Part shown: positions 48,952-57,894 of the stretch, piece after piece
Numbering within the stretch: position 1 is the first letter of the stretch
Layout of the letters: the number at the start of each line of letters is the position of its first letter
Virus record (IMG/VR): IMGVR_UViG_3300013104_000004
Coordinates: 1-64,000 of that record
Direction: 5' to 3' (one strand)
DNA length: 64,000 nt
Source: a virus
The notes under the pieces: model-generated
Seen by the model: the letters and a program-made list of their open reading frames with translations, nothing else
Database searches by the model: none
What the model was told of the DNA's origin: nothing
Made by a program: the position numbers and the translations under genes

Positions 48952-50106
48952 ATGAGCACCCTGCACACCGACTTCGCCGCCGTCCAGGCGGAGCTGAACG
49001 CCGAGTTCCCCGAGCGTCGCGACGCGGTCGAGGTCCTGACCCTCGCGCTCCTGACGGGGCAGCACTCGTTCCTGCTGGGCCCTCCCGGCACCGGCAAGTC
49101 CAAGCTCGCCCGCCGCTTCGTCGAGCACTTCCCGGGCGCGCGCTACTTCGAGACGCTGCTCTCGAAGAACCGCCCCGACGCCGCGGTGCTCGGCCCGTAC
49201 GACATGGCCAAGCTGCGCGAGGAGAGCGCGTTCGTCCGCAAGGACGAGGGCTACCTCACGTCGGTGGACGTCTCGTTCATCGACGAGATCGGCAAGATGT
49301 CCCCGACGTCGGGCCACGACATCCTGGCCGCGCTGAACGAGCGCATCAAGCACGAGGTCAGCAACGGTCGCTCCGCGCACCGGATCCCGCTGCACTCGGT
49401 CATCACGGCGAGCAACGAGCTGCCGGCGGCCGAGTCCGAGGACGCCGCCGCGATGTGGGACCGGCTGCTGTTCCGCACCACGGTCGACTACATCGTCGGC
49501 AACACCGACTTCCAGACGATGCTGTCGGCCGTCGACGGCCCCATCGGCACGACGATCCCCTGGCCGCAGGTGCTGTACGTGGCCGAGGAGGTCCGGGACG
49601 TGAAGCTCACGACCGAGACGCTCGACGCCGTGGTCGCGCTGCGCGACACCTTCCGGCAGGAGGGCCTGTCCGTCAGCGACCGCCGCTGGCGGGACTCGAT
49701 GGCCGCGGTCCGCGCCACCGCGTGGCTGCGCGGGTCGGACTCCACCGAGCCCGACGACCTCTACGCCCTGCGCTTCACGCACTGGGACAACGTCGAGACC
49801 ATCGGCAAGGTCGCCCGCATCATCCTCGGGCTGATCTCCCCGGAGAACGAGGAGATCGCGACGCTGGCTGACGACGCCGCGGCGCTGGAGGCCGAGCTGG
49901 AGTCTCGCAAGGGCGAGGCGCGCGAGAAGATCAGGGCGTTCCTGGTCGAGGCCGGCGGGAAGAAGACGCAGGCGCAGGAGCACATCGTGGCGCTGCGCAC
50001 GAAGGTCACCGCGCCCCGCCAGCTGGCCGAGCTCGACCGGCTCAACGAGCGCCTCGACGCCTTCCTGGCGCGCGGCAAGAGGCTCGCGGGCCTGGACAAG
50101 CTCTGA
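48952..50106 (+). CDS. MoxR-family AAA+ ATPase (RavA-like)
   Basis: GPPGTGKS, FIDEIGK, LNER, ASNELP, WDRLLFR, SDRRW. Confidence 0.9.
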   Translation: MSTLHTDFAAVQAELNAEFPERRDAVEVLTLALLTGQHSFLLGPPGTGKSKLARRFVEHFPGARYFETLLSKNRPDAAVLGPYDMAKLREESAFVRKDEGYLTSVDVSFIDEIGKMSPTSGHDILAALNERIKHEVSNGRSAHRIPLHSVITASNELPAAESEDAAAMWDRLLFRTTVDYIVGNTDFQTMLSAVDGPIGTTIPWPQVLYVAEEVRDVKLTTETLDAVVALRDTFRQEGLSVSDRRWRDSMAAVRATAWLRGSDSTEPDDLYALRFTHWDNVETIGKVARIILGLISPENEEIATLADDAAALEAELESRKGEAREKIRAFLVEAGGKKTQAQEHIVALRTKVTAPRQLAELDRLNERLDAFLARGKRLAGLDKL

Positions 50107-50345
50107 TGGCCGGGCGTTCGTTCATCCCCTTCGAGGCCATGACCGACGCACAGCAGGTCGAGCACCTTGTCGTGGCGCACGCCCTCGACGCGGAGTATTT
50201 CGACGACGGCCGCGACCCGCGCGCGTACTTCGCCGGGCTCACGGCCAGGGAGCGCGTCGCGTACTGGCACGACGCCGACCACGTCGAGGACCCCGAGGTG
50301 CTCGGCGACAGGCTCCGTCACGACCACGACAAGGAGGTGCGTTGA
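50106..50345 (+). CDS. Small acidic protein between the AAA and VWA genes
   Basis: 79 aa, coupled on both sides. Confidence 0.6.
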   Translation: MAGRSFIPFEAMTDAQQVEHLVVAHALDAEYFDDGRDPRAYFAGLTARERVAYWHDADHVEDPEVLGDRLRHDHDKEVR

Positions 50346-51808
50346 TGTTCGGCTGGAGCGATGAGGAGGAGCACGACGACGCCGTCCCGCACGACCGCTT
50401 CGACCAGATGTCGTGGAACGGCATGCGCATGGAGTCCATCTCGATCGACGAGATGGTCAACGAGCTGTCCGTGAAGTACGACCACGTCGAGGACTTCGCG
50501 CAGGACGTCTACTCGCTCCTGGCCAAGGGCGACCCGCGCGTGCGGGAGCCCGAGGAGATGAGCCTGTCGCACGTCCCGCTGCGCCAGGTCACCGACGAAC
50601 TGCAGGACCTCACTGAGCTGAAGCGGCTCCGCACCTGGACCGTCGGCGACCCGTTCAACGCGGCCCTCGCCCTCGGATCCATGAAGGAGGCGCTGCAGGG
50701 CTCGCTCGAACGGGCAGCCCAGCTGAAGGGGCAGGCCGAGGCAGCGCAGGCCGCCAGAGACGCCGCACGACAGGCCGCGCAGGAGGCGGCTGACAACCCC
50801 GGAGATCCCGGGGCCGGCGAGGCCGCAGAGCAGGCGTCGGCAGCCGCCCAGGCCGCCGCTGACCACCTGCAGGCAGGTGCCGAGCAGCAGGCAGCCGAGG
50901 GCGCCCAGGCCATGCGCAAGGCCGTGAAGGACGCGCGCGAGGAGGTCGAGGAGGTCAACGAGTCGGCCGCCTCGTACGGCCTGGAGCCGGGGGAGTTCCA
51001 GCGCATGCCGGCCAAGGAGCGGTTCGCTCTGGCGCGCCGGCTGCAGTCCGAGAAGCTGCGGAAGTTCGCAGCGCTCATCGGGCAGTTCCGCCAGCTGGCG
51101 GCCGCCGAGTGGCGCCGCCGGTACAACGACGGCTCCGACGAACAGGTCGGTATCAAGCTCGGTGACGACCTCACCAGGCTCACCGGCCAGGAGCTCATCA
51201 ACATGGCCACACCCGAGCTGGAGGACGACTTCTGGCGCCGGTTCGTGGACAAGGAGCTGTGGGTCAAGGAGCTGCGGGGACGCGAGCGGGTCGGCAAGGG
51301 CCCGATCATCGTGGTCGCTGACGAGTCCGGCTCGATGGCCGACGAGGGCGAGCTCTGGGCCAAGGGCCTGGCGCTCGCGCTGCTCGACCAGGCGGGCCGC
51401 GGCAAGCGGGACTTCCACTACATCGGGTTCGCATCGGGCCCGCTGCGGGAGTTCTCGTTCCCCGGCGGGAAGGCCGACGTCGACAAGGTCATCGAGATGG
51501 CCGAGGGCTTCCTCAACGGCGGCACGGACTTCGCGCGGCCGTTGCGGCGGGCGCTCGACCTGGCCATCGCCGCCGGCAAGGAACGCCCCGACATCGTCTT
51601 CATCACCGACGGCGTCGCGGGCTCGCTCCCGTTCCTCGAAGAGTGGCGCCAGGTGCGCCACGAGCTCTCCATCCGCTGCTACGGGATCTTCGTCGCGACC
51701 GGCGGGTACGGCCTCCCTAGCGAGGTGCTCGAAGAGATCGCCGACGACGTCCGCACCATCGCGGACGTCACCAACACGTCGCAGGTCGCGGACATCCTCC
51801 GCGGCTGA
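50345..51808 (+). CDS. VWA (MIDAS) domain protein, ViaA-like
   Basis: GPIIVVADESGSM, GGTDF, DIVFITDG. Confidence 0.9.
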   Translation: MFGWSDEEEHDDAVPHDRFDQMSWNGMRMESISIDEMVNELSVKYDHVEDFAQDVYSLLAKGDPRVREPEEMSLSHVPLRQVTDELQDLTELKRLRTWTVGDPFNAALALGSMKEALQGSLERAAQLKGQAEAAQAARDAARQAAQEAADNPGDPGAGEAAEQASAAAQAAADHLQAGAEQQAAEGAQAMRKAVKDAREEVEEVNESAASYGLEPGEFQRMPAKERFALARRLQSEKLRKFAALIGQFRQLAAAEWRRRYNDGSDEQVGIKLGDDLTRLTGQELINMATPELEDDFWRRFVDKELWVKELRGRERVGKGPIIVVADESGSMADEGELWAKGLALALLDQAGRGKRDFHYIGFASGPLREFSFPGGKADVDKVIEMAEGFLNGGTDFARPLRRALDLAIAAGKERPDIVFITDGVAGSLPFLEEWRQVRHELSIRCYGIFVATGGYGLPSEVLEEIADDVRTIADVTNTSQVADILRG

Positions 51809-51818
51809 CACCACGCCC

Positions 51819-51855
51819 ACGAAGGGGGCTGCCCATACCGGGTGGCCCCCTTCGT
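51819..51855 (+). terminator. Hairpin (terminator or processing site)
   Basis: ACGAAGGGGGCTGCCC/GGGTGGCCCCCTTCGT. Confidence 0.6.
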
Positions 51856-51876
51856 CATACCCCCGAAAGGAACCTC

Positions 51877-52854
51877 GTGACCACGCTCTCCGACTACGTC
51901 GACGGCGCAGGCGACCTGCCCCTGCTCGGCACGATCTGCATCAACACGACCTACGACGGCAGCTACGAGGTCGAGCTCGTCCAGGAGGTCTTCCAGGCCG
52001 AGGGGCTCGACACGAGCTTCATCCCGTCGCCGTCCGGCGCGAAGGACGCGTTCTCGAAGGCGATCACCAACCACAAGGAGACCAGCTACGTCCTGAGCAA
52101 CGGGCACAAGGTCTCGATCATGCTCCGCGAGATGGACTCGTCGAACCCCACCGAGTACGCGGTGCGCGCGCTGGTGCGCGAGGAGCGCTCGACCAACGGC
52201 GAGTCGCTCTTCTACGACAACATCGGGGAGATCAAGCACTACCACGGCGTGCGCCGCGGAGCCGGCCGCCAGGTCGACGACACCGCCGCCCGCCTCTACT
52301 GGGGGCTGGCCGCGAACAGCGACACCCTGGCCCTGTCCGACGAGGAGCGCGCGAAGATCCGCAACGTCGCCATCCGCGTCCACAACGACTACCAGCGCTA
52401 CCGCAGTTCGCTCGACGGCAAGAAGGTCCGGGCCATGGTCACGAGCTACCTGCGCCACCTCGACGCCATCAAGCTGAAGGACTCGGTCTACTTCGTCCCC
52501 GTCGCACACAGCGAGTCCGTCCGCGCGCTGCGCGTCGCCGTCTCCCACTTCGGCGAGTGCACGCTCGACGGCATCCCGCTCGTCGACTTCCAGGACCAGC
52601 GAGACCTCATCATCCGCACGTTCCAGGCCGATACCGACGACGCCATGAGCACGCTCGCTGGCCAGCTGCAGCAGGCGCGCGCCAACCCGTCCGCCGCCAC
52701 ATACGAGAGACTGCGCAAGCAGTACGACGAGCTCACCACCCGCACCCGCACCTACACCAGCACGCTCGGCGATTCCGTCGCCAAGACGACTGGCTCTCAC
52801 GAGATCGTGAAGGCCGCGCTCGTCGCCCTCCAGACGGAACTGCTGGGCGGATGA
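51877..52854 (+). CDS. Hypothetical protein (possibly DUF6744-like), AAA/VWA-associated
   Basis: 325 aa with P...DAF and VYFVP motifs and a C-terminal helical bundle; the family name is from memory only. Confidence 0.6.
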   Translation: MTTLSDYVDGAGDLPLLGTICINTTYDGSYEVELVQEVFQAEGLDTSFIPSPSGAKDAFSKAITNHKETSYVLSNGHKVSIMLREMDSSNPTEYAVRALVREERSTNGESLFYDNIGEIKHYHGVRRGAGRQVDDTAARLYWGLAANSDTLALSDEERAKIRNVAIRVHNDYQRYRSSLDGKKVRAMVTSYLRHLDAIKLKDSVYFVPVAHSESVRALRVAVSHFGECTLDGIPLVDFQDQRDLIIRTFQADTDDAMSTLAGQLQQARANPSAATYERLRKQYDELTTRTRTYTSTLGDSVAKTTGSHEIVKAALVALQTELLGG

Positions 52855-52868
52855 GAAGGGGATCCGAC

Positions 52869-53366
52869 ATGACCAACCACCGCGCCTCCGCCGCCGTCCA
52901 GGACGTCCTGGATGCGGCCGCCATGCTCGGCCTCGCGTTCTCCAACGTGAAGCCCGGCACCCGCCTCGCCGCCCTGCGAGACAGCCTCAGCGGGCTGCAG
53001 CAGAAGCTCTCCCGCGTCGAGGCGATCCTCGCGATGGACGAGGACATCCGGCTGACCTTCGACGAGGGCACCGAGTTCACCAGCGACGAGCTGCGCGAGC
53101 TGTCCGAGCTGGAGAAGGCGGTCGCGTTCTCGCTGCCCGACAAGCTCCCCGGGCAGATCGACGCGCGCGTGCTCGACGGCCGCGTCATCGCCGGCCAGCT
53201 GCAGCAGGCGCTCGACGGGCGTCGCATCGACATCGTCTGGGACTCCACGGCGCGTGTCGGGCACGTCAACATCGGCCCGCTGCTGGCCGACCTCGTCGAG
53301 CAGATCGACCCCCACGGTGAGGACGTCCCCGGCTTCTGGGCCGACGACGAGGAGGACGAGGCGTGA
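52869..53366 (+). CDS. Hypothetical protein
   Basis: MTNHRASAAV..., RBS present. Confidence 0.65.
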   Translation: MTNHRASAAVQDVLDAAAMLGLAFSNVKPGTRLAALRDSLSGLQQKLSRVEAILAMDEDIRLTFDEGTEFTSDELRELSELEKAVAFSLPDKLPGQIDARVLDGRVIAGQLQQALDGRRIDIVWDSTARVGHVNIGPLLADLVEQIDPHGEDVPGFWADDEEDEA

Positions 53367-53550
53367 CGCTCGAAGATGCCGTCGAGGCCCTCCGGGAGCG
53401 AGGCTTCGGCTACGACCGGCTTGACCAGCTCGCCTGGGACTTCCTCGCGGAGGAGTGCGACGGCCCGACCCGTACCGCCTTCATCGACTTCCTGCTGCGC
53501 GCCGACGCCTGACGTCGCGCGCCCCCCCTACTGAACGGAGACCACACCGC

Positions 53551-54579
53551 ATGAACACCCGAGCCGTGATCGAGAAGCGACTGCAGTCCATGCCTGGCCC
53601 GAAGAGCGGCGAGAAGCTCTTCGAGGGCACCACCTACCCCCGCGAGTGGGACGAGTACGTCGGTCAGGACGAGGCCAAGCGCTACCTGCGCGCGTCGTGC
53701 GTCTCCGCCAAGATGCGCCAGGAGCGCCTGGAGCACGTGCTCATCGCGACCGGCCACGCCGGCATCGGCAAGACCGCGATCGCGAAGCTCACGGCCGCCG
53801 AGATGGGCGTCGGGATGGTCGAGGTCCAGGGCTCGATCTCCGAGGCCGAGGCGCTGCGGATCTTCGCCAGCATGAGCGACGGCGACATCCTCTTCTGGGA
53901 CGAGATCCACCAGGCCGTCGCCGGCGGCAAGGCCAAGGCCGAGTGGCTACTGCCCGTGCTGCAGGACGGCGTGATGATCTCCAGCCGCGGCGTCACCCCG
54001 ATCCCCGACATCACCATCGTCGGGGCCACCACCGACATCCAGAAGCTGCCCGAGACGATCATCGATCGGTTCGTCGTCAAGCCCGCCATGGAGGAGTACA
54101 CGGACGAGCAGGCGCTGACCATCGCGCAGGTCACCTCGAAGAAGATCTTCCGCGGCCTGCAGCTCCCGTTGCCCGACGAGCACACGTGCGCCGTCGTGGC
54201 CCGCGCGGCCAACAACAACCCCCGCTCGATCACCGCGCTGATGCGCACGCTGCGCGACTCCGCCCTGTCGGAGAACGCCATCGTCACCCCCGCGGGCCTC
54301 TACTCCACGGACGCGATGTTCCGCTGGACCGGCATCACGCCGGACGGCCTGGACAAGCTCGCGCAGGACTACCTGGAGGTGCTGCACGTCCAGTTCTCTG
54401 GCAAGGGCGGCGAGAAGTCCATCGCGGCCGCGCTGGGCGAGCCGACGCCCCCGCGCCACACCGAGAAGCTCCTCATCCGCAAGGGCTTCATGCGCATCAT
54501 GCCTGGCGGCCGCGAGCTGACCGCCGAGGGCATGGACCGCGCCCACCAGGTCCTCGTCGACCGCGGCTACGACATCTGA
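53551..54579 (+). CDS. ruvB: RuvB-like Holliday junction branch-migration ATPase
   Basis: P..WDEYVGQ, GHAGIGKT, GDILFWDEIH, TIVGATT, DRF, PR, GLDKL...YL, GRELT. Confidence 0.85.
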   Translation: MNTRAVIEKRLQSMPGPKSGEKLFEGTTYPREWDEYVGQDEAKRYLRASCVSAKMRQERLEHVLIATGHAGIGKTAIAKLTAAEMGVGMVEVQGSISEAEALRIFASMSDGDILFWDEIHQAVAGGKAKAEWLLPVLQDGVMISSRGVTPIPDITIVGATTDIQKLPETIIDRFVVKPAMEEYTDEQALTIAQVTSKKIFRGLQLPLPDEHTCAVVARAANNNPRSITALMRTLRDSALSENAIVTPAGLYSTDAMFRWTGITPDGLDKLAQDYLEVLHVQFSGKGGEKSIAAALGEPTPPRHTEKLLIRKGFMRIMPGGRELTAEGMDRAHQVLVDRGYDI

Positions 54580-54593
54580 GAGGAGGCCACACC

Positions 54594-54830
54594 GTGGCCC
54601 AGAACGTCCAGTCGTTCGCGTTCATCCGTCGCACCCAGAACCCCGACATCAAGGAGGAGCCGATCCCGCTCATGCCGCGCAGCACGAAGAACTACGTGCG
54701 CCGGCCGAAGGCCAAACCCACCGCGCGCGAGCAGCTCATCGCCCGCCTGCGCGTCCAGTACCCAGGCGTCGACGCCGAGGGCATCGCGGACCTCGCGATC
54801 GCCACGCTGGGCACTAGCCCACGCACCTGA
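54594..54830 (+). CDS. Small basic hypothetical protein
   Basis: GGAGG RBS, GTG start. Confidence 0.55.
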   Translation: MAQNVQSFAFIRRTQNPDIKEEPIPLMPRSTKNYVRRPKAKPTAREQLIARLRVQYPGVDAEGIADLAIATLGTSPRT

Positions 54831-54910
54831 TCTGTCTGCCTTTCTGTCTGTCTGAAATCCAGGCGGTCACCACCCGGTGGCCGCCTTCTTCGTGCCCCAA
54901 GGAGGACCCC

Positions 54911-55336
54911 ATGACGTACCCCCAGACCCCCGCCCCCGTCCCGCCGGTCGCCAAGAAGCGCCGCTGGCCCTGGGTCGTCGGCGGCCTCGCCGTGCTCTTC
55001 GTCGGCGTCGCGATCGGCAGCTCGGGCAGCGACGACAAGGCCGCGCCCGAGCCGGCGGCGACCACCACGCCCGTCACCGCGCCGGCGCCCGAGCCGGTCG
55101 TCGAGCCCGCCGAGGACCCGACGACGGAGTCCGCGGTGCCCGGCCTCGACCAGGTCGAGCTCCAGACCCTCGCCCTGAAGATGACGCTGCGGCAGTCGGA
55201 CAACCTGGAGCAGCTCTGCACCGCCTACGACACGCTTGGGCTGGACGCGACCGCGGCCCTCGTGAACGGCGAACTCGACCCCGCCGACCAGTTCTCCACG
55301 GCCGCGATCGAGGCGTCGTTCGAGGCGATGTGCTGA
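54911..55336 (+). CDS. Membrane-anchored protein
   Basis: KKRRWPWV followed by a TM helix and a Pro/Thr linker. Confidence 0.7.
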   Translation: MTYPQTPAPVPPVAKKRRWPWVVGGLAVLFVGVAIGSSGSDDKAAPEPAATTTPVTAPAPEPVVEPAEDPTTESAVPGLDQVELQTLALKMTLRQSDNLEQLCTAYDTLGLDATAALVNGELDPADQFSTAAIEASFEAMC

Positions 55337-56458
55337 TGGGGGAGGATGCGGGCATGGCTCGCCACCCGGACCCCACCACCCAGGACGTCGACGAGGTCCT
55401 CGACATCCTCGCTGGGCCGCGCGAGACGCAGCCCGGTGAGCGGGCCTGGACGCACCCGCGCAAGGGCACTCTGCACGGTGTCATCGTGCGCGAGGATGGC
55501 GGCTGGACGACCATCCGACTGACCCGCCACCACCGCGAGGCTGACGCCGGCGAAGAGCTCACCGTGCGAACCGCCTGGCTCACCCCGAAGGAGGCCTCGA
55601 TGCCCCAGTCTTGGACGGCCGACGACATCGTCGACACCCTGCCCGCCGGCTACCGCTGGGCGACCGCGAACGAGGCCGAGCGATGGAACGAGCACGCTGG
55701 CCGCATGGTCCAGGTGCGGCGGGGTGACGGCGACGAGACCGATCTCGCGATCAGGTCGACCCACACGAAGAAGGAGGAGGACGCGTGAACGACGTCACCA
55801 AGCTGCCCCGCTGGGCGCAGCAGCGCATCGAGGTCCTGGAGCGGAACCTCGCAGCCGCGCAGGCCAAGCTTGACGCCGGCCCAGGCGCATCGAACACCTA
55901 CCTGCACGCCTGGACGGACACGGGGGAGAGCGTCGGCACGCCGCTCGGGACGGACGTCTCGATTCGCTTCGAGCTGGGAAACCACACGCACATGTTGGCC
56001 GGGCTCACGCCCGACGGGACGCTCCAGATCCAGCTGTCCGGGCGCGACGCCTCCAGCGCGTTGCAGGTGATTCCGCGCTCGTCCAATCGGGTCGAGATCC
56101 AGCCCGAGATCAACCACCATCGCGGACTGTTCGCAGCCCGCAAGGTGGCCGGGTACGAGATCGGCGACGAGTCCTGGGGCGACACTCTCGTCGAGGCCTA
56201 CATGGACCCCGACAGGGCCATCGCCAAGCTGCCGGACGCTTGATGGCGGCCGACCTGCGCAGCCCGATGGTCGTGGTCGCGACCGACCGCCTCGACGAGC
56301 ACCGTCGGCGCGTGCCCACCGCGCCGACCATCCGCCTCCGGCTGTTCACGGAGGCGGGCGCGGAGCGCGGCTGCAACCTCTCCGAGGACGAGGCGCTGGC
56401 CCTCGCGGAGCAGTTGCTCGTGTCCGTCAGACGGGCCAAGGGCAAGGACCTGCGGTGA
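55336..56458 (+). other. Three hypothetical genes (55336-55788, 55785-56243, 56243-56458)
   Basis: Coupled ORFs; the second starts with a KLPRWAQQRIE motif. Confidence 0.6.
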
Positions 56459-56564
56459 TCGCCCAGTGGTGGCGCCGTCGCCGTCTCCTGCGACGGCTAC
56501 GAGCGCTCGGGATCGAGCCCCAGGACTGGCAGCTCGAATACCTCGACCACGCGCTCCGCAAGCG

Positions 56565-56894
56565 CTAGAGGGAGCCCTTCATCAGGCCCCGAATATCGAC
56601 GCCCTGGCGCCGCAGCCACGCGAGTGCTGTGGTGCCAGGGCGCTCCACAATCGCCTGCAGCGCGGGCGTGAAAGTGGCCGCGTGCGCGTGCACCATCTGG
56701 TGACAGATGTGCCCGTAGCCGCCGCCCAGTGTGACCAGGTTCGCCGGCCCATGGTTGTTCCGGTCCTGGCTCCTGAACACGATGTGGTGCAGTGCCGCCG
56801 GGTCCGCCCAGCGGCCGCACACGCGGCACAGGCCGCGGTCTCGCTCATGCACGGCGCGGCGAGACTTCTCCGGGATGTCCGTCGACTTGGGCAT
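56565..56894 (-). CDS. HNH endonuclease
   Basis: RDRGLCRVCG...HHI...NL...CHQMVH. Confidence 0.85.
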   Translation of the reverse strand: MPKSTDIPEKSRRAVHERDRGLCRVCGRWADPAALHHIVFRSQDRNNHGPANLVTLGGGYGHICHQMVHAHAATFTPALQAIVERPGTTALAWLRRQGVDIRGLMKGSL

Positions 56895-56994
56895 CAGGGC
56901 ACGAGCTCGCCGGGCATGTCCGCATCGTCGATCACGACGCCCGTCTCGGGGTGCACCCAGCGGGCCCGCGGCGCGTCGTACCAGAAGTCAGCCA

Positions 56995-57261
56995 TCAGAC
57001 GGCCTCGTACGTCTCCGCGAAGATGTCCGGCTTGCAGGGGTAGAACTCACCCTGGACGCCCCGGATGATCCAGTCGCCGGGCGACGCCGTCATTACGCCC
57101 TCCAGCGTCGCGATCTGGAGGTTACGGATGTCCTGGGTCGAGACGGTCGGCGCGCGGTAGTCCTCGCCATCGACCCAGTGCATGATCGCACCCGCCGACG
57201 TCGATGAGCCCGTGAACTGGTGTGCCTCGATCTCGACGGGCACCTTGCGGAACATCGGCAT
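56995..57261 (-). CDS. Conserved phage protein (RKVPVEIEA...GDWII...FYPCKPDIF family)
   Basis: Recognisable widespread phage motif set. Confidence 0.75.
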   Translation of the reverse strand: MPMFRKVPVEIEAHQFTGSSTSAGAIMHWVDGEDYRAPTVSTQDIRNLQIATLEGVMTASPGDWIIRGVQGEFYPCKPDIFAETYEAV

Positions 57262-57426
57262 GTCTCAGTCCTCTCGTCCGCGGCGCACAGCCGCCTTCGC
57301 CTGGTGCCGCGCGCGCCGCCGCGCCGGCCTCTTCCACCCGTTGCACTCCCAGTGCTGGCAGCCGTCATCGCACGGACTCGCCGTACGACCGCCCGAGGAT
57401 CCACCGGCGCCGCTCAGTGCGCGCCA

Positions 57427-57531
57427 TCAGTCGTCCTCCTCGACCAGCCAGAAGGCCGCGCGCGTGATGCCCACGGCCAGCAGCGAGTAGGTCACCAGGC
57501 CGACTGCGGCCACCGTTAGCGCGCGCTTCAT
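57427..57531 (-). CDS. Small membrane peptide, probably leaderless
   Basis: MKRALTVAAVGLV...; ATG 9 nt after GTCGATG. Confidence 0.5.
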   Translation of the reverse strand: MKRALTVAAVGLVTYSLLAVGITRAAFWLVEEDD

Positions 57532-57627
57532 GCCCCCGACCATCGACCCCTGTCGCGAGGGGTCGCACGATGACACTGCAGGCACGTGCCGACAGGCGAC
57601 GAGGCGGGGCCCGTCCGCCGCGATCCC

Positions 57628-57849
57628 GTGCACCCATGGGTGCACCGAACGCTCTCAGGTGTACTCAGATGCACAGACCTGCATCGAAAGATCCGCATGA
57701 TTACGCGGATCTCGGTAAAGGCGCAGGTCAGCGATCACTCTTACGGGGGATTCAAGTCCCCCTCCGGACACTTTAGATTGGGCCCCTGACCTCGTGATAT
57801 GCGAGGCAGGGGCCCTTCGTTTTACCCTGTGGGTGCACCGTGGGTGCAC
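57628..57849 (+). mobile_element. attP: core = tRNA-Leu 3' end (57751-57771) with TGGGTGCAC arm-type repeats
   Basis: TTCAAGTCCCCCTCCGGACAC is a T-loop plus acceptor 3' strand with no 5' tRNA half. A hairpin follows (57780-57815). GTGCACCCA/TGGGTGCAC repeats at 57628-57645 and 57830-57849. Confidence 0.8.
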
Positions 57850-57894
57850 GGTCAGGGGCGCGGAGGGCTCTCCGGACGTACGAGGGGAGCCGAA

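Noticed and set aside
57745-57771. tRNA gene or prophage boundary
   Set aside because: The 5' half is absent and phage genes continue on both sides, consistent with attP.
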